NCBI GenBank assembly: GCA_036172245.1
Contig: JAYWIR010000040.1
Coordinates: 1,302,001 to 1,366,000 of the forward strand
DNA length: 64,000 nucleotides
Source: Raillietiella orientalis
Taxonomy: Eukaryota
Direction of reading: 5' to 3'
Shown: positions 1-12,800 of the stretch, piece by piece
Layout of the letters: every line of letters starts with the position of its first letter
Position numbering within the stretch: position 1 is the stretch's first letter
Position numbers and translations under genes: made by a program
The notes under the pieces: model-generated
The model's database searches: none
What the model was told of the DNA's origin: nothing
Seen by the model: the letters and a program-made list of their open reading frames with translations, nothing else

Positions 1-834
1 AGGATGGGTTGCTTTCAGTTGCACTCTTCTTGCCGGCCGGGTCGTGGCGCGTGTCACTGTACACGAGAAATCAAGACACTTGCAAATCAGAGTCCGAGGT
101 GAGATGGGTTGGGACGGGTTCCCCGGTTGAGCAGCATCTGAGAGGAAGCACCAACGAACAGACTTGGGGTGAGGTGGAATGTTTCCAGCCATCATGCTGA
201 AGATCTGGTGGTTGCGCAAGATCCCTGCTCTCCCTGTTCTATTCGTAAGGAAGAAACTTTTGTCCCCGCCATCTTGTGACCTTCAGTTGCTGCAAGCGTG
301 GCAGAAGTCGTCTCTCCCACACGTAGCAAGTTTACATGTGCGAGGTGTGGTTCAGCCAGAGACCAGAGTCTAAAAAATGAGTGGTAGAATTCATGAATCG
401 GTCATGTAATGTGCACGGTGGCAGTTTGGTGCAAGGGAAGTGACCCCTCCGAAGTCTCTGACCGGAGGACGGCGGAGCGATTCCGAGCTGCGTGCGCCGA
501 GCGAGTTCCAAGTTTTCCCGTTACGTTCAAGCGGCACTCGTTTCGTTTTGAGCCTTTCATTTTCCAAAATTAAACAGAAGTGCAAGAGACCCTCAAGAGA
601 TGGCGCTGCGGAGAGGAGCGGTTGCTGCCGGCCCGGTTCCAAACCGAACGCTCTGCGTGGGGTGGAAACAGCTCTGCAGTGCACACGAAGCGGCAAAGAT
701 CGCGTCAACCGGTTGTCCAGTTTGCTTTTCAGAGTTCTGCGTGATCTTCTGCCCGCTTCTCTCCCTCGACGCATCTTGCAGCTTCTTCGCGGAAATCTTT
801 CCCTGCCCGCCGCATCATCACCTGCGGGAACCCT

Positions 835-3800
835 TTAGTTACCTGACTGCGTCGCGCATTTGCAGGATCGCAGTCTGAAGCGCAGCTGCAGAAGCTCTTT
901 CTCATACTGAGCGCGGAGTTTGTTCAGCTCTATCCTCTGGCAGTGCTGCTTCTCCAGTAGGGAATCGGAGAGTTCCCTCAGCTGCCAAGCAGAAACGGGG
1001 ACGTTCCCAGGAAGCAGGACCGCATCGCTACGAACCTTGTCCTCCAGTTGGGATTGGTAGCACTCCCAATCCTTCTTGGCGGTGTCGAATTCCTCCTGCT
1101 TCTGCATTCTGGCGCATTCCACGGCCAACCTCTTGTCCTCCAGGTGGAATTTATCCAGCTCTTCTTTCATCCGGGAACACTCCTGGTCGATGCGATCTTT
1201 CCACTTGGGAGAGAAGAATATCGTGACTGAGGAACGCGCTCGTTCCTTCGGGGAGGAGGTAGAGGAAGGTTTCCTCGGGACTCGCTCCAAGTGCGGCGGC
1301 TCACTCGGAAGCTGCGAGCGCGCCTCGCGGAGAGCAACCGACGAGGAAGGGCGCTTTTGCTCTCCCGATCGCGTGCCGCGGCCCGCCGGATGGGAAAAAA
1401 CTTTCACGCCTGCTGCGACTCGGTCGGCAACCTCTTTTTACCTCGTTGAGACTCTCAGGCACCCGCCGGAGCCCGGGAGGCACAAATGGGTCGGCACGTT
1501 CGAGGACCACACTCTCCTGCGTTGGCTCGGACTCGGTGGCGAACGCAGCATCTCCCCTGCCCATCTCACGCCCACCCGTTTGCGGGGACTCGAAGGAAAG
1601 GAGCGAGGCGGCGGCGACCGGCACGCTGCACCGCCGAAGGGCAATCGTTGACCAGATCGCTGCCGAGAAGAACGAGCGCGCTGCAAGACAACAGAAGAAC
1701 AGGAGTCCGCAAGGTGGGGCGCCTCCGAAATGGACCGCCTTCCAAAAGATCATCATCTCCAGCGGATGCTGAACTTCGCCAAGAGAGCTATCGGGGGAAA
1801 CCCGACCTACCCCGTGGATCCCCAAGGAGAAGCGCGGTGAAACGCGGCAGAGACATTTCGACCTCCTTCCAGCTGACCACTCAGGAGGACGTGGTTGCTT
1901 TCGGACCGCTGGGGACTCGCTGAGGCAGTGACCAACTTGACTCTCCCGAAACGTTCCGCCCGCGGAGGGAGAGGACACCTCCTGAGATGCCCGTGTGTTC
2001 GTTCCTAAGGGGAACTTCGCGTCCACTTGACGACGAGGTCACCACTCCTCGGAGAACGAATTCTCTGCGGAGGCAGCCCACGGTCAGCGCAGCTGCGAGA
2101 CGAGCAAAGAGCCGGGACTCAGGATCGAACCGATGAGTGGAGGAAAGCCGCAAGCTCCCACGCTGCAGTGGTCACTTTCGCTTCGGGGCAATCCCGAAGC
2201 GGCGACACCCACCCACCGCAGTGCGACCGGGTTCGATCGTTCGGCGGGTGTGGCCCCGACTAAAACAGCAGCCTCTTTCAATAGCGGTGAGCTCTACGGG
2301 AGAAAACCCTGGAAACGGCTTCCCGAGATGGATGGGCAGCTGCACTCCCTCTTTTACTTTTTTTTTCTTTTTTTTCTGGAAGGCAGGAATCTTTTCGGGT
2401 TCTTCCGTTTTCTCTGCTTTCTTCTCATTTTTTTTTTCCGTCGTCAAGGAGTACTGGAGAACCGTCCTCCCCCTTAGGTAAAGCTCACGAATATCTTGGA
2501 CGCTGTCCACGCCACCTCAGGATGCGTCAACTCCTCAAATTAGGGAATATTCCATAGGGATCACCCTATGAATCCAGGAAGGCTCCGGAGAAAGGATTCC
2601 GTTCCTCTCAAGCTTGGAAGGGAATCCCGAAGGGGATATGCGCCCCCGAAAAGGAACCGCTCCTGGTTTCCCCCTCTGAAGAGAACCCTAGAGGGAGCAG
2701 CGTGCTGCTTACACTCTAGGCGATGGAAAGTCCCCCCTCGAGGGGAGGACGGCTTTATTTTCCCAACTGGAAGGGGACGGCTCCCTGATTCCTGGAAGAA
2801 CCCCGGAGGATCCACTTCCAATCCCAGCCAGTCAACGGGGACACCTGGCTTCCACCAGTGCCGCGCCCGAAGCCAACCGGGGCAAACCAGCGCCATCTTG
2901 CGGGGGAAACTCGAAACTCCCGACGCACCCCTTCCTTTCTCGTCCATCCATCATCCCGTCATTCCGGTTTGTGGGGATGCACCTCTTTTCTCCTCTGGAG
3001 GGACCCCCCGGAAAGGATTTGCTCCTGGTTTCTTCCCCTCTGAAGGGAACCCAAAAGAGGCGCTTCCCGATTTCTCTTAAGGACACTTCCCGAAGGGAGC
3101 AGCGCGCTTGCACTCAGGAGAGGTGCCAACCAGTTCCGCGATACGAGATGGAGGGTCCCTTCAAGCGGGTGGCGTCTTCATTTTCACAGCCGGAGGAGTA
3201 ACCCCTAAGGGAACCGACCCCCAGATTCCTAGAAGGGAAAACCTCCAATCCTGGCCAGTCGACGGGGCCATCCGGTTTCCGGCTTCCACCAGCTCCGCAC
3301 CCGAATGCAGATCGACCAGAGTCATCTCCTGCGGGGGGAGAAGGCACTTGAAACCCATGACGCATCCCCCATTTCTCTGGCGTCGGTGCTCCACGCGGAC
3401 ATTCGAACCCGCGACGCTTTGGTCCCGCGCGCGCGGAGACCACAGCCAGGAGGCCGCCGATGCGGGCGCAGAACGGGGAGAAACCCTGGAGACGGCTTCC
3501 CGGGAGGAACAGTTAGGCGCACAGTCTGAGGGTCCTATTGGAACTTGACGAAGATCTCGATGCCATCGCATGGATTTCTTCTTCTTGCTCTTCTCCTTCT
3601 CCTTCTTCTCCTTCTGGAGCTATCTCATTAAAGTTGCTGATTTTCTCCGTCCAAAAAACCGGATCTGTGTGACCCGGGAAGGAGTAGGGAGTAATTAGAT
3701 CAGATCTTCCTTGGCTTCATCTGTCGAGGGCCTCGAGGCAGCTTGCGCATCTTGGCGCCGGGAACAGTCACGATGAGTCCTCGAGAGCATTTCCCGTTGG

Positions 3801-6800
3801 CTGTGAGCAGCTCAACGCGCGTCGCTCGTGAGCTCCTCTCCCTGTGGTCAGTGATGTTTGCGGCACGCCGCCTCAACTCCCACACCCGGAACAGTGAGGT
3901 CGCAGCGGAATGCAGGCCACCTCCACAGCATCCGCCGGCGGATCAACCCGTCCACCTGCAGAGTTGCCAGTTTGCGGCGCCTTTCGCACCACAGGAGGGG
4001 AACCCCGAAGGGAACCGGCTCCCTAGCTCCTGGAAGGACCCCGGAGAGCTTGCCTCGACCGATGTCAGACCTGCAACCAAGGCAACCAGCGCGCCAGTCT
4101 GCCCCTCTTCGAACGGAACCCTTGGACACCAGTGGGTGGGAGCTCTCGTCTGGGGAGGGGGAAGGGTTTTCCGTTACCGCTTCTCGGTGCCAGGAATCCT
4201 GGCGCCAGACAACAGAACCGGTCTCCTGGCTCATTCGTATCGGGAGCCACGAAAACGCACCCGCAGAAAGCGCAAGCGACCGCTCCGGAAGTTCCTGTCG
4301 AACCGCTCGAATCCCGGAGTACATCGGGAGCAGGAGAGCAGGGAGCGAGCTAGAGGAACCACGCGGGGATGGATGCGCGCTCCAGGTCGCACCGCGCGCA
4401 GCCTCCCGTTCTAGCGTTGGACCCGGCAGACGCCCACTTACCCAGACGGCGAGGTCGCTCTTGAGCTGCTCCAGTTGGCACTGCGAGCTGAGGCTGTCCG
4501 GCTTGCTCTGGGGAGTCTTCTGAGGGAGAAAGCCGAGGTCGAATTTCGGAATCCCGAAATTCCGCGGCGCGGTTCACCTGGAAGTCGTTGGCCAGCTTTT
4601 GGTGGAAGTTTCGGATCTCCTCCAGGTGCGCCTGCTCGTTGACTTTGAGCTGCTCGATTTGTTGAGAGGCAACCCTGAGTCCTCTCAGCTGCTCGAACGT
4701 CAGTCCCCTCAGCTGGTATACCTCGGCTTCCAGCGACTTCAGGTAGCCGAATTTGTTGGGATGGGATCTGGAAGGATAACTTGCGGGCAGGAGTCCGGTC
4801 GCATCCCAAATTCGAATCCGTTCCGGAAGCGGAAGCTGCTAGGAGCTTTTCGCGATGCGCATCGCTCGTTCGGGAAGAGGTCTGCAGTCAGGAGGGAGAT
4901 GGGGGAGCTGTCCCTCGAGACCAACTACCCGGATCCTTCCTGTCAGCATCGGCGTTCCACACGCAGAGCGGAGTCCTCTTTGGCGCTGCCGGACGCCTCT
5001 CGGCAGGCAGGGAGGAGGTGGAGAGAGTCGGGAACGGGAGTCGCCCCTGACCATCATTGTTCACGCCGCTTCTACCGAAATCTTCTTCAAGCACCGTCAT
5101 TTCCGCCGAAGGAAAGGGGGGAGGGGAAAAAAGTGCAGCTCCCCACGGCTGCTAGGGTACTGTTGCTGTGGGCGTCAGCATTTTTGCAGGGCGGGAGCAT
5201 CGTCCCCAAGGCGGAATCGGCAGCTCTTCGGAAGCCGAGGTCCCTGACTTTCTTTCGTACTCCTGTGTGTTGTTGCTTGGCAATCTCAGAAGTCTCCGTC
5301 ATCCTGACGTCTTCCCTCCGTGACGTCGGGAGGCTTCCAGGGTTGCCAAGCGTTTTTATCGCAAGCATGTGTGTCCTCCGGCTGTCACCGACACCACCGC
5401 CCAAGTCACCTGGATGCAAATCGCGGCAACGGACTGGATGGATACGACTTCTCCCTCTCGTCGGAAGTCAGGTCAATCCTCCAGCTACCAGGTCACGCCG
5501 ATCCGGGCTCAGAAGTCTATCTAGCATCGCTTTCAGGATTCAGGAGTCGCGCGTCACCGTGGCTACCGCTTTCCTCGCGCATCCGTCTTCTTGCGAGGCG
5601 GCGAACGCCGTGAAGAACGCGCTCACCTCCTTCCCGAAAGCGAAAGCACTTGGTTCGTCCGTTTTTTCCAGGCACGCGGTCACCCGGATTGACGACGCGG
5701 AAGTGCATCCTCTCTCCTTTCCATCTCCCATTCGCCGGAAGCATCCCGCGCGAACGTCCTGTCGCGAAGGTGGAAAAAAAAAATCGCATCTTTTCGCGCG
5801 CGTGCGGTTCGTTGCCCCTTCGGACGAATCCACGCCGCACCGCCCGCGGGCGAGGACAGCGCGGCAACCACGCAACCGGAAGAGCAGAAGGAAGCTGTGC
5901 AAGGAGATGTCCATCTAGCATACTCATTGTCTTCCGCGCTTTCCCTCTCCTGGAGCTTCTTCTTGTACCCCTTTTCGATCTCCCTCAGCTTCCACTCAAA
6001 GTCGTCCATCAGCTGCTGCTCCCGGTCGTTGTTGACGGTCCTCAGATGCTCGAACTCCTTTTGGAACTGCTCCTGCATCTTGGCTTTGCTGCTGATGGCC
6101 GCGCACAGGTCCTACGAGAGCAAACAGCAAAGGCGTTTCCTCCGCTAAGCCGCCAACCGCTGCTTGCGCGAGATCCCCTCAGGAAGAGGGGTGAGGAACT
6201 GGGGGATCAGGTTTCGGGACGGAGGGATCTCTCACCTTCTTCGCCATCTTGATCTCCTTTTCCTTCTCGCTGAGGATCTCCCTGTTCTCCTCGATCAGCT
6301 TCTGCTTCTCCTCCTGCAGGCACTTGAGGCGCGCCTTCAGGTTTTGCAGCTCCCCCCTCAGTTCCTCCACCATCTCGTCGTCCTCCGAGATCTTGTACTC
6401 GATGGATTTGATCAGCTCTGGAAAGCCGGCCGTGTCAGCTCCTCAGATCAGCACGCCCCGAAGGTGTCTCGGCGAGGACAGCAACAGAAGCGAACGGCAA
6501 GCTGCCGCTATCCTGCGCGCTCCCCCTTTGCATACTCTCGGCCGGAGTCTCGCGTTCCTTCCGAGAACAGACGGCTACGAATGCTGCAGACTAAGTGGAA
6601 AGCTGGAGGGGCATCGAAAAGACCGAGGAAGCGTTTGCGATGGAGCGCATTGGCGACGCCGACGATGCATGCTCGAAAGTGCTCCGGCGCACAGGAGCGA
6701 GTCGCCTGCAGCTAGGGGTCGCGAGCGCAGAGAATTTTTTGCCCCTACCATCCATCCTGCTCTCTCCTCTCCTGGACCCCAGCACTCGCCGTTCCTCGAA

Positions 6801-9800
6801 GTGCGGCAGCGGTGAAGATAGGGTACTGTTGCTGTAGGTCGTTCCCGAACGCTCCAACGTCTCACCGCAGCCGAGGGCATCTCGGCCGGTCGCGCGCCGG
6901 GGACTCCGCGAAACCCCCCGCCATCCACCCGGAGGGAGGAACCCTGGGATCTCGGATCTCCCTCTCGAAGATGGCCGGAGCTGCTGTCTCGTAGAGCTGA
7001 AGGGTTTCAGCGGGAACGAACGGGCGCGCGCTCCGTTCACAGCAGGCAGCAGCTGGACCTCGCCCCACCCGCCACCCGGAGCAGTTCCTCGAAACCTGTG
7101 CATCCAGGAAATCGTCTCTCCGATCGGAGTCGGGCCTCATGTCGCCTCCGGTTGGGAAGCTTCCGTTGGAGCGCTCGTCGTCCCCGAGCGCAAGACCAGC
7201 CTCCTGGACTGGGCTGCATCGGCCAACCGAACCGGAGGAATTTTCGGTGGAATTCCAGGAATGCGAAGTCAGCGGAGCCATTCTTCCCTCCATCCACCCT
7301 CCCTTCTTCTTCTGGGGTTCACCGATTACAGGAGGAAGTGAATCGTCGCTGAGCGACCGTTTAGGAAGAGGAGGAAAAATGCTTCTCTGGAGCCGCTTCT
7401 CGCGGGGCCAGCCAACCCCCTCCCGGCAAGGAGGGACGGAAAAGGGTACGCGCTCCCGCGTCGTCCACACAAGTCGCCTGCGAAACACCTCGAAGAGATC
7501 TTCATCCCGTGGGATCACCGCAACCTTGCACCCACTCCACCACTGGAAGCATCCCGAAGCTTCCAGGGGGTTCTCCGTGGATCCTGTCGCTTCCAACACG
7601 GGAATTTTCTGCTGCTCGACACTCCCGTAGGCACCCGATCCCTCTCTGCGTCCAGAGTAAGGTGCTGCTTCCTTCAGTTGGTCGGCCCCTTCCACTGAGA
7701 GCATTCGTGGGAGGTTCTTTCCAGAATTCCCTACTCGAGAGTCGCAGCCTTGGTGAAGGAGGCTTCAGCGAAAGGTACCGGAACCTGTCAGGCTTCCAGA
7801 TACGGGATGCAGGGTCCAGGACTATCCACGTAACCTCGAGCTCGAAGTCGACGAGGAGGGACCCCCCGGCTAGGAAGACTCTGGCCCTTGGCACCTCGCA
7901 GCGCCGTAGGCTCCAAACTTCGCCACCAGAAGACTTCCCGTGCTCTCTTCGGAGCGCTTGCACCCAGCATCCGCGGGATCGCGTGGCTGATGCGACTTCC
8001 CGTCGCAAAGGAACGGGACAGTTCCTACCTTGCCTGAGGGAAGGCATCGTGGAGGAAGTCCCCTTTCGATGCAGAAATTAGTCGCCGACTTGCGAAGCTC
8101 CCGCAAGACGGCGACGAATTTCTGCAGCGACTGGGCAGCTTCCCCTCTCCTCCTCCTCTTCCCGGCACACCAAGTCGAACCGCTCTGCAGGCCACGTGCT
8201 CACTACGACATGTGCGCGCGCGCAAAGGCACGTGTGTTCCGTGCGCCCGCTCCCCGCACTTGCAGAGCTCAGACCATTCGCCTCTCCGGAAAACCGCATG
8301 CTTTTGTCCGCGTCGGAGACCGTGCGGCTGCGGTCTCCTGCTCGTGGCACCAGGCGCCGCTGGTTCGAATCCCTCCCGGAGAAGGGTCGACGCCGAGAGA
8401 CGGGTGCGCCTTGGGTTCGAGTTCCTCCTGCAAGACGACGCTGAGATCGCTCCCCAGGCGCGAGCGGACTCGTAGGGCGGTCCCTTATCTTGAAGAATTA
8501 CGCGCACCCCCTGGCGGCGTGGAGCAGCGCTAAAGAGCTGCCGGGAATGAGATGGTTCTTGAGGGACTCAGCGTGCTTCTTGGCGGCGCGGTGCGCCGAC
8601 CGAGAATCGTTGCGCCATGCGCGACGCGACGCGCGGCCAGCAGTCTCGCCAACTCCCGTTCTCCGAACCGCGCTGCGTACATCGACGTTTCGAAGCTGCG
8701 CGTTCCGGTTACACCCCCACCTCGAAGTCGCCGAGGTTTCTCGAGAACCGCCGCTGGCTATTTATCGAGAGGACTTTGCAGGACTAGCTCGCAGGACCTC
8801 CATCGAATACAGCCCTGCTCCATCTCATGAATCAAGACTGCCTCATCCTCTATCCAACCATCCGTGCTGGAAGCCACGTTGCTCCAGCCATCCCTCCCGA
8901 CACCATACCAAAGAGCTTTGGAATGAGGGAGGCTGCTTCAGTTTTCGTCGACGCCTCGACCCTCCACCTGGAACACGCCCAGTCTCACCTTTGTTCTCGC
9001 GTAGCTCTTCCGCCAGTTGTTTGTTTCTCTCCTCGTAGGCTCTGACCTCATTCTCCAGCGTCGTCTCCCTGGAGCTGACCGCTACTTTCGACGAGGCCTG
9101 GAGCTCCTTGTCCAGTTTCTCGATGTGCAGGGACAGCGCTGGAAGGAAGGGAGGACGCAGTCAGGGCGCGGTCTTCAGTACAGGTCGCGCACCGCGGAAC
9201 ACCAGCGCGCACCAGCGAGCACTCGTTCCCGTGAATTATGGGTTTTTTCCTAAGGCGCCAAGGAACATCGCCAGCCCTTTTCGAGGCGATTCTTCTCCAT
9301 TCCTGCCTCGAGTCCCTTCGCCGGCACCAGGAAGCAATCTGTCTGCTGCGGCGACTGGGAGCCACCACAGGTTTGACGCACCACCAGCTGCCCTCGGTGG
9401 TTTACGGTGCGCATGCCGATGGCGACGTGCGAGAACCGCAAATCGCGCCAGCGTTCAACGAGATCCACTCGCATTCACCTGGCTGTGATCTCCCCTTTCA
9501 CCTTTTGTCGCGTTTGGACCAAGTCATCCTACGAAACTCCAGTCCCTCGTGGTGATGCAGCGAATGGACCGAAATTCCGAATGCTCCTTCACCGACTTAA
9601 AGGCTTTTGATAAGCACCGGAGAAAGTTTCCAGCTCCGTGCACAAAAAAGCAACACGTGTTTGGAGTGTTTGGCGCTGTGATTCCGCGAGCGAGGGAATT
9701 CAAATGGAACACCGGGAGAGAAAACTGAGATCAGAGGCTGGGGGACTGAATTTCCGAGCTAAAATGCTCCTTCCTCAAGACGGTGATTTGCACGAGTCAC

Positions 9801-12800
9801 CTGGGGAGGAAGAAAACTGCGAATCTTTCACGTTTCTTTCCGAGGAGAGCTGCGCCTCCCTTCTCGACCCGGAGCAGGTTCTTGGTCATCCCCGCTCCGT
9901 AGCTCGCCCTCACAATCAGGACACGCACGTACCCTTCTCAGTGGAGCGGCAGAAATTTCACTTTTCTATGGGAAGGCAGAAAAATTCCAGAAATTTCCTT
10001 CCTTCAACTTTTGACTTTCGCTCCTACTCCAGGTCAACACGGGAAATATTTTAACATTACAGAACGCTGTATACTCACTTGTCCTTGTACATAGAGAGGG
10101 ATACTTATGGACATATGTGCTCCATGTGAGCGAGCGTATACTTTGTTTTGCAGCAGTTAATATTGATATTCCTTATTAACTGTCCGCTTTAAACTGACAG
10201 TTAATAAGGCCTCACTGAGGGCGTCCGTCAATATCCAAAGTTTAACCTTCCGCAATTGGCCATCAGCTCCCGTCCATAAGCAAGATTTCATCTGCCACAA
10301 AAGTGCAGGCTTCTACCAGGGATAGCATTAACCCCAGAAAGATGACTTCTAGATAAACAAAGTCGACCTGCTGCGGAAAGCCCTGCTTCAGCGATATTCA
10401 TTTGTCTGCACGGTTTCCCAGCGCGATCTCTCTTCTTTTTATAAAAAAAAGACAGAGAGAGAGAAGAAAAGAAAGGAAGCATTTGGAAATAATCTCCATG
10501 TTGTGCAATCTGACCTTAGGGCTGGGTTATGCTGACCTCGGAATTTCCTTCTCAGTTATTTTTCATCTGTCCTCACGGGTCAATCAGTCGCGATCAGGCG
10601 TCGCGGCCTCGTTGCATGGCAACGAGTTTCTGGGTCACCCTGCGCGGCTGCTTGACGCAGATGCAGCGCCGGTTCGTTCTCCCGGAAGGGAAAGGGATCG
10701 AGCAAGGAAGGTCCTTCGAGTGCGCGTGACCACCACGTCTTTCGCACTCGCGAGCGGTTCCTCGTGGCTCGCGGACGGTCCGAACCTATTCCGTGCCGGA
10801 GGGAGGGCCCCGGCCATCCCTCCTGGACTCTGCGCCGTTTGCCACTTCGACGGGCAACGTTCCTCTCCGTCCCTCCATCCCCACGCCGCGAGAGGAACGC
10901 GTGATTTTCGCTCTGGCGGTCGGTCCCAACGGCCGCTGCCAGATTTGCGCTCAGCTGAGACGGGGGGACCCACTTGGCTCGCGACACACTCCTGGAGCCG
11001 CAGTCGGGTCTCTCCCGCCGGATCCCGCCGGCAGGAGCGAGAGCCTCCCTCCAGCGGAGGGAAAGCGCACTCCACCCGAAAGCGCTGAGCGGAGAAACGG
11101 GTTGCCCAGGCAACGGCGGCGCTTGCACGCAAGCCGCCACTTTCGGCCCGGGAGTTCGCGCTCCGTATGTCGTCGACTGTGGCGCTGAATGCGCGTGCGC
11201 AGTTAGTCGTCCAAATAGCAGGAAACCGGAGTTTGGGCGCTCCTCGAGTCTGTATCGACGCGCCCTCTCTTCCCTCACCCCTTCCCCTCCCCGTATGCAC
11301 CGCGAGGACGAGAACCTCCCTGCCGCCGCCCTGCTCGAATCTCGCTCGGCGGGCTGCGCAAAGCGCCCGGACCCTGCTCGAAGTCCACACAGCCCTTGCT
11401 CAGGGGTTCCCATGGAGTCCGGAGCCAGCCTCGAGAGAGTCGGCGGGCAACGCGACGCCGCCTTCTCGCACGCCCAGCGGGCGGCAGGAGCTCTCCTGCA
11501 CCCGCTCTCCTGCCCCCTGTGACCCTTTAAGCAGCCTTTACCCCCACTTTCGAAAACCAGGTTCTCGAGGAAGCAGGAGCCAGGATACTTGGGATCCGTC
11601 GGAGCATTGTCTCCCCCACGAAGGACGTCAGGCGGCGATCGTCCCGCGTCCGCTTCGGAGAGGTGGAATTTCTCCGGGACTCCTTCGGGCTTCGGTTCTC
11701 CGGACCACGCGCTGGAAGGAGCGCCGGCGCTGGGAGGCAGGAAACTCCGAGGAGACTGAGCGTTCCCATGGTAGCCTGGCTCTGTCGTGAAGATCTCGGA
11801 GAACTCTTGAGCTCTTGAGAGAAGGTGGTGCCATCTCCCCGCGCAGCCCCCTCGCCCCGGATGCTGAACCTCGCATAGTCACTGCTCCCCCTCCTCCTCC
11901 TCGCTCTTTCCCTCTCCCCCTCCCTCTTTCCCTCTTCCCCTCCCTCCGTGTTAGCTCCAGCCGGTGTTCCCGAACGGGAGCTAGGAGTGCCAGACGCTCC
12001 CTCGACGAGGATCGGGAACGGTTGCGGCAGTGCATGGAGGTCAGCCGCCGCGTCGGAATGGGGGCCTCCGTTCCGAAGGGGGCGGGCCTTTTCGGGCCGC
12101 CGAGCGGCCGCGTTCGCCTCCCCCCGGACCTCTCGGGAGACCCGGAAGCGGAGAGCTCGCGGCGTTCCCTTTGTGCCTAGGCGACCTCCAGAAACGCCTC
12201 TTTACCCGGCTCGATCCTCGAGGCGGCCTGGTGCAGCCACTCGGGAAGGAGGAGCGTGTCCGAGGCGCCGAGCATCCGCTCGGGGGACGCAGGGAAGGAA
12301 GAGACACTCCTCCCGCCGTGAGGACCGCGGCGGTGGCGTAGGTCATGCCGACGCAGCGACCTAGGAGGGGTGGTCTCCGAGGAATCCTCGAGGACTGAAG
12401 CCCCAACGGCCAAAAGTGGGGAAGGGGATCGCCTCCCCTTTCGCGCCCATCACGTGGACCCAGCAGCCTCGATCGGAAAAAGCCCTCTGAGAAACGAAGG
12501 CGGGAGGAAAAGGAGGAGGTCGCTAACTTTCCTACTTTCGTTCAACAGCCTCTCCTTCCTCAGTTCCTCCTGCAGCTGCTGGATGTTCCTGTGAAGGTCG
12601 GCCACCATGGCGTCCTTCTCCTTCAGGAGCCTCTCCAGCTCCTGGGCCTGGAAGAAGCACTTGTCCGCTTCCAGCCGCAGCTTCTTCTTCTCTTCCCTGG
12701 AAGGCAAAAAAAGAAGCGCTCGTCTCGGACTAGCAGGAGCGGCGCATCCGGTGTCAAGGCGGAAGCGGCCGCCGGACCTGGGTCGAGCACGCGCGAAAGA

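Noticed and set aside
4599..5918. 439-aa + strand ORF and the many other long ORFs in 1-29 kb
   Set aside because: R/P/S/G-rich translations expected from GC-rich DNA or antisense to real exons; no recognisable domains.
5154..6835. Exact 17-mer TAGGGTACTGTTGCTGT at 5154 and 6819
   Set aside because: The flanks barely align, so chance or a tiny old duplication cannot be excluded.
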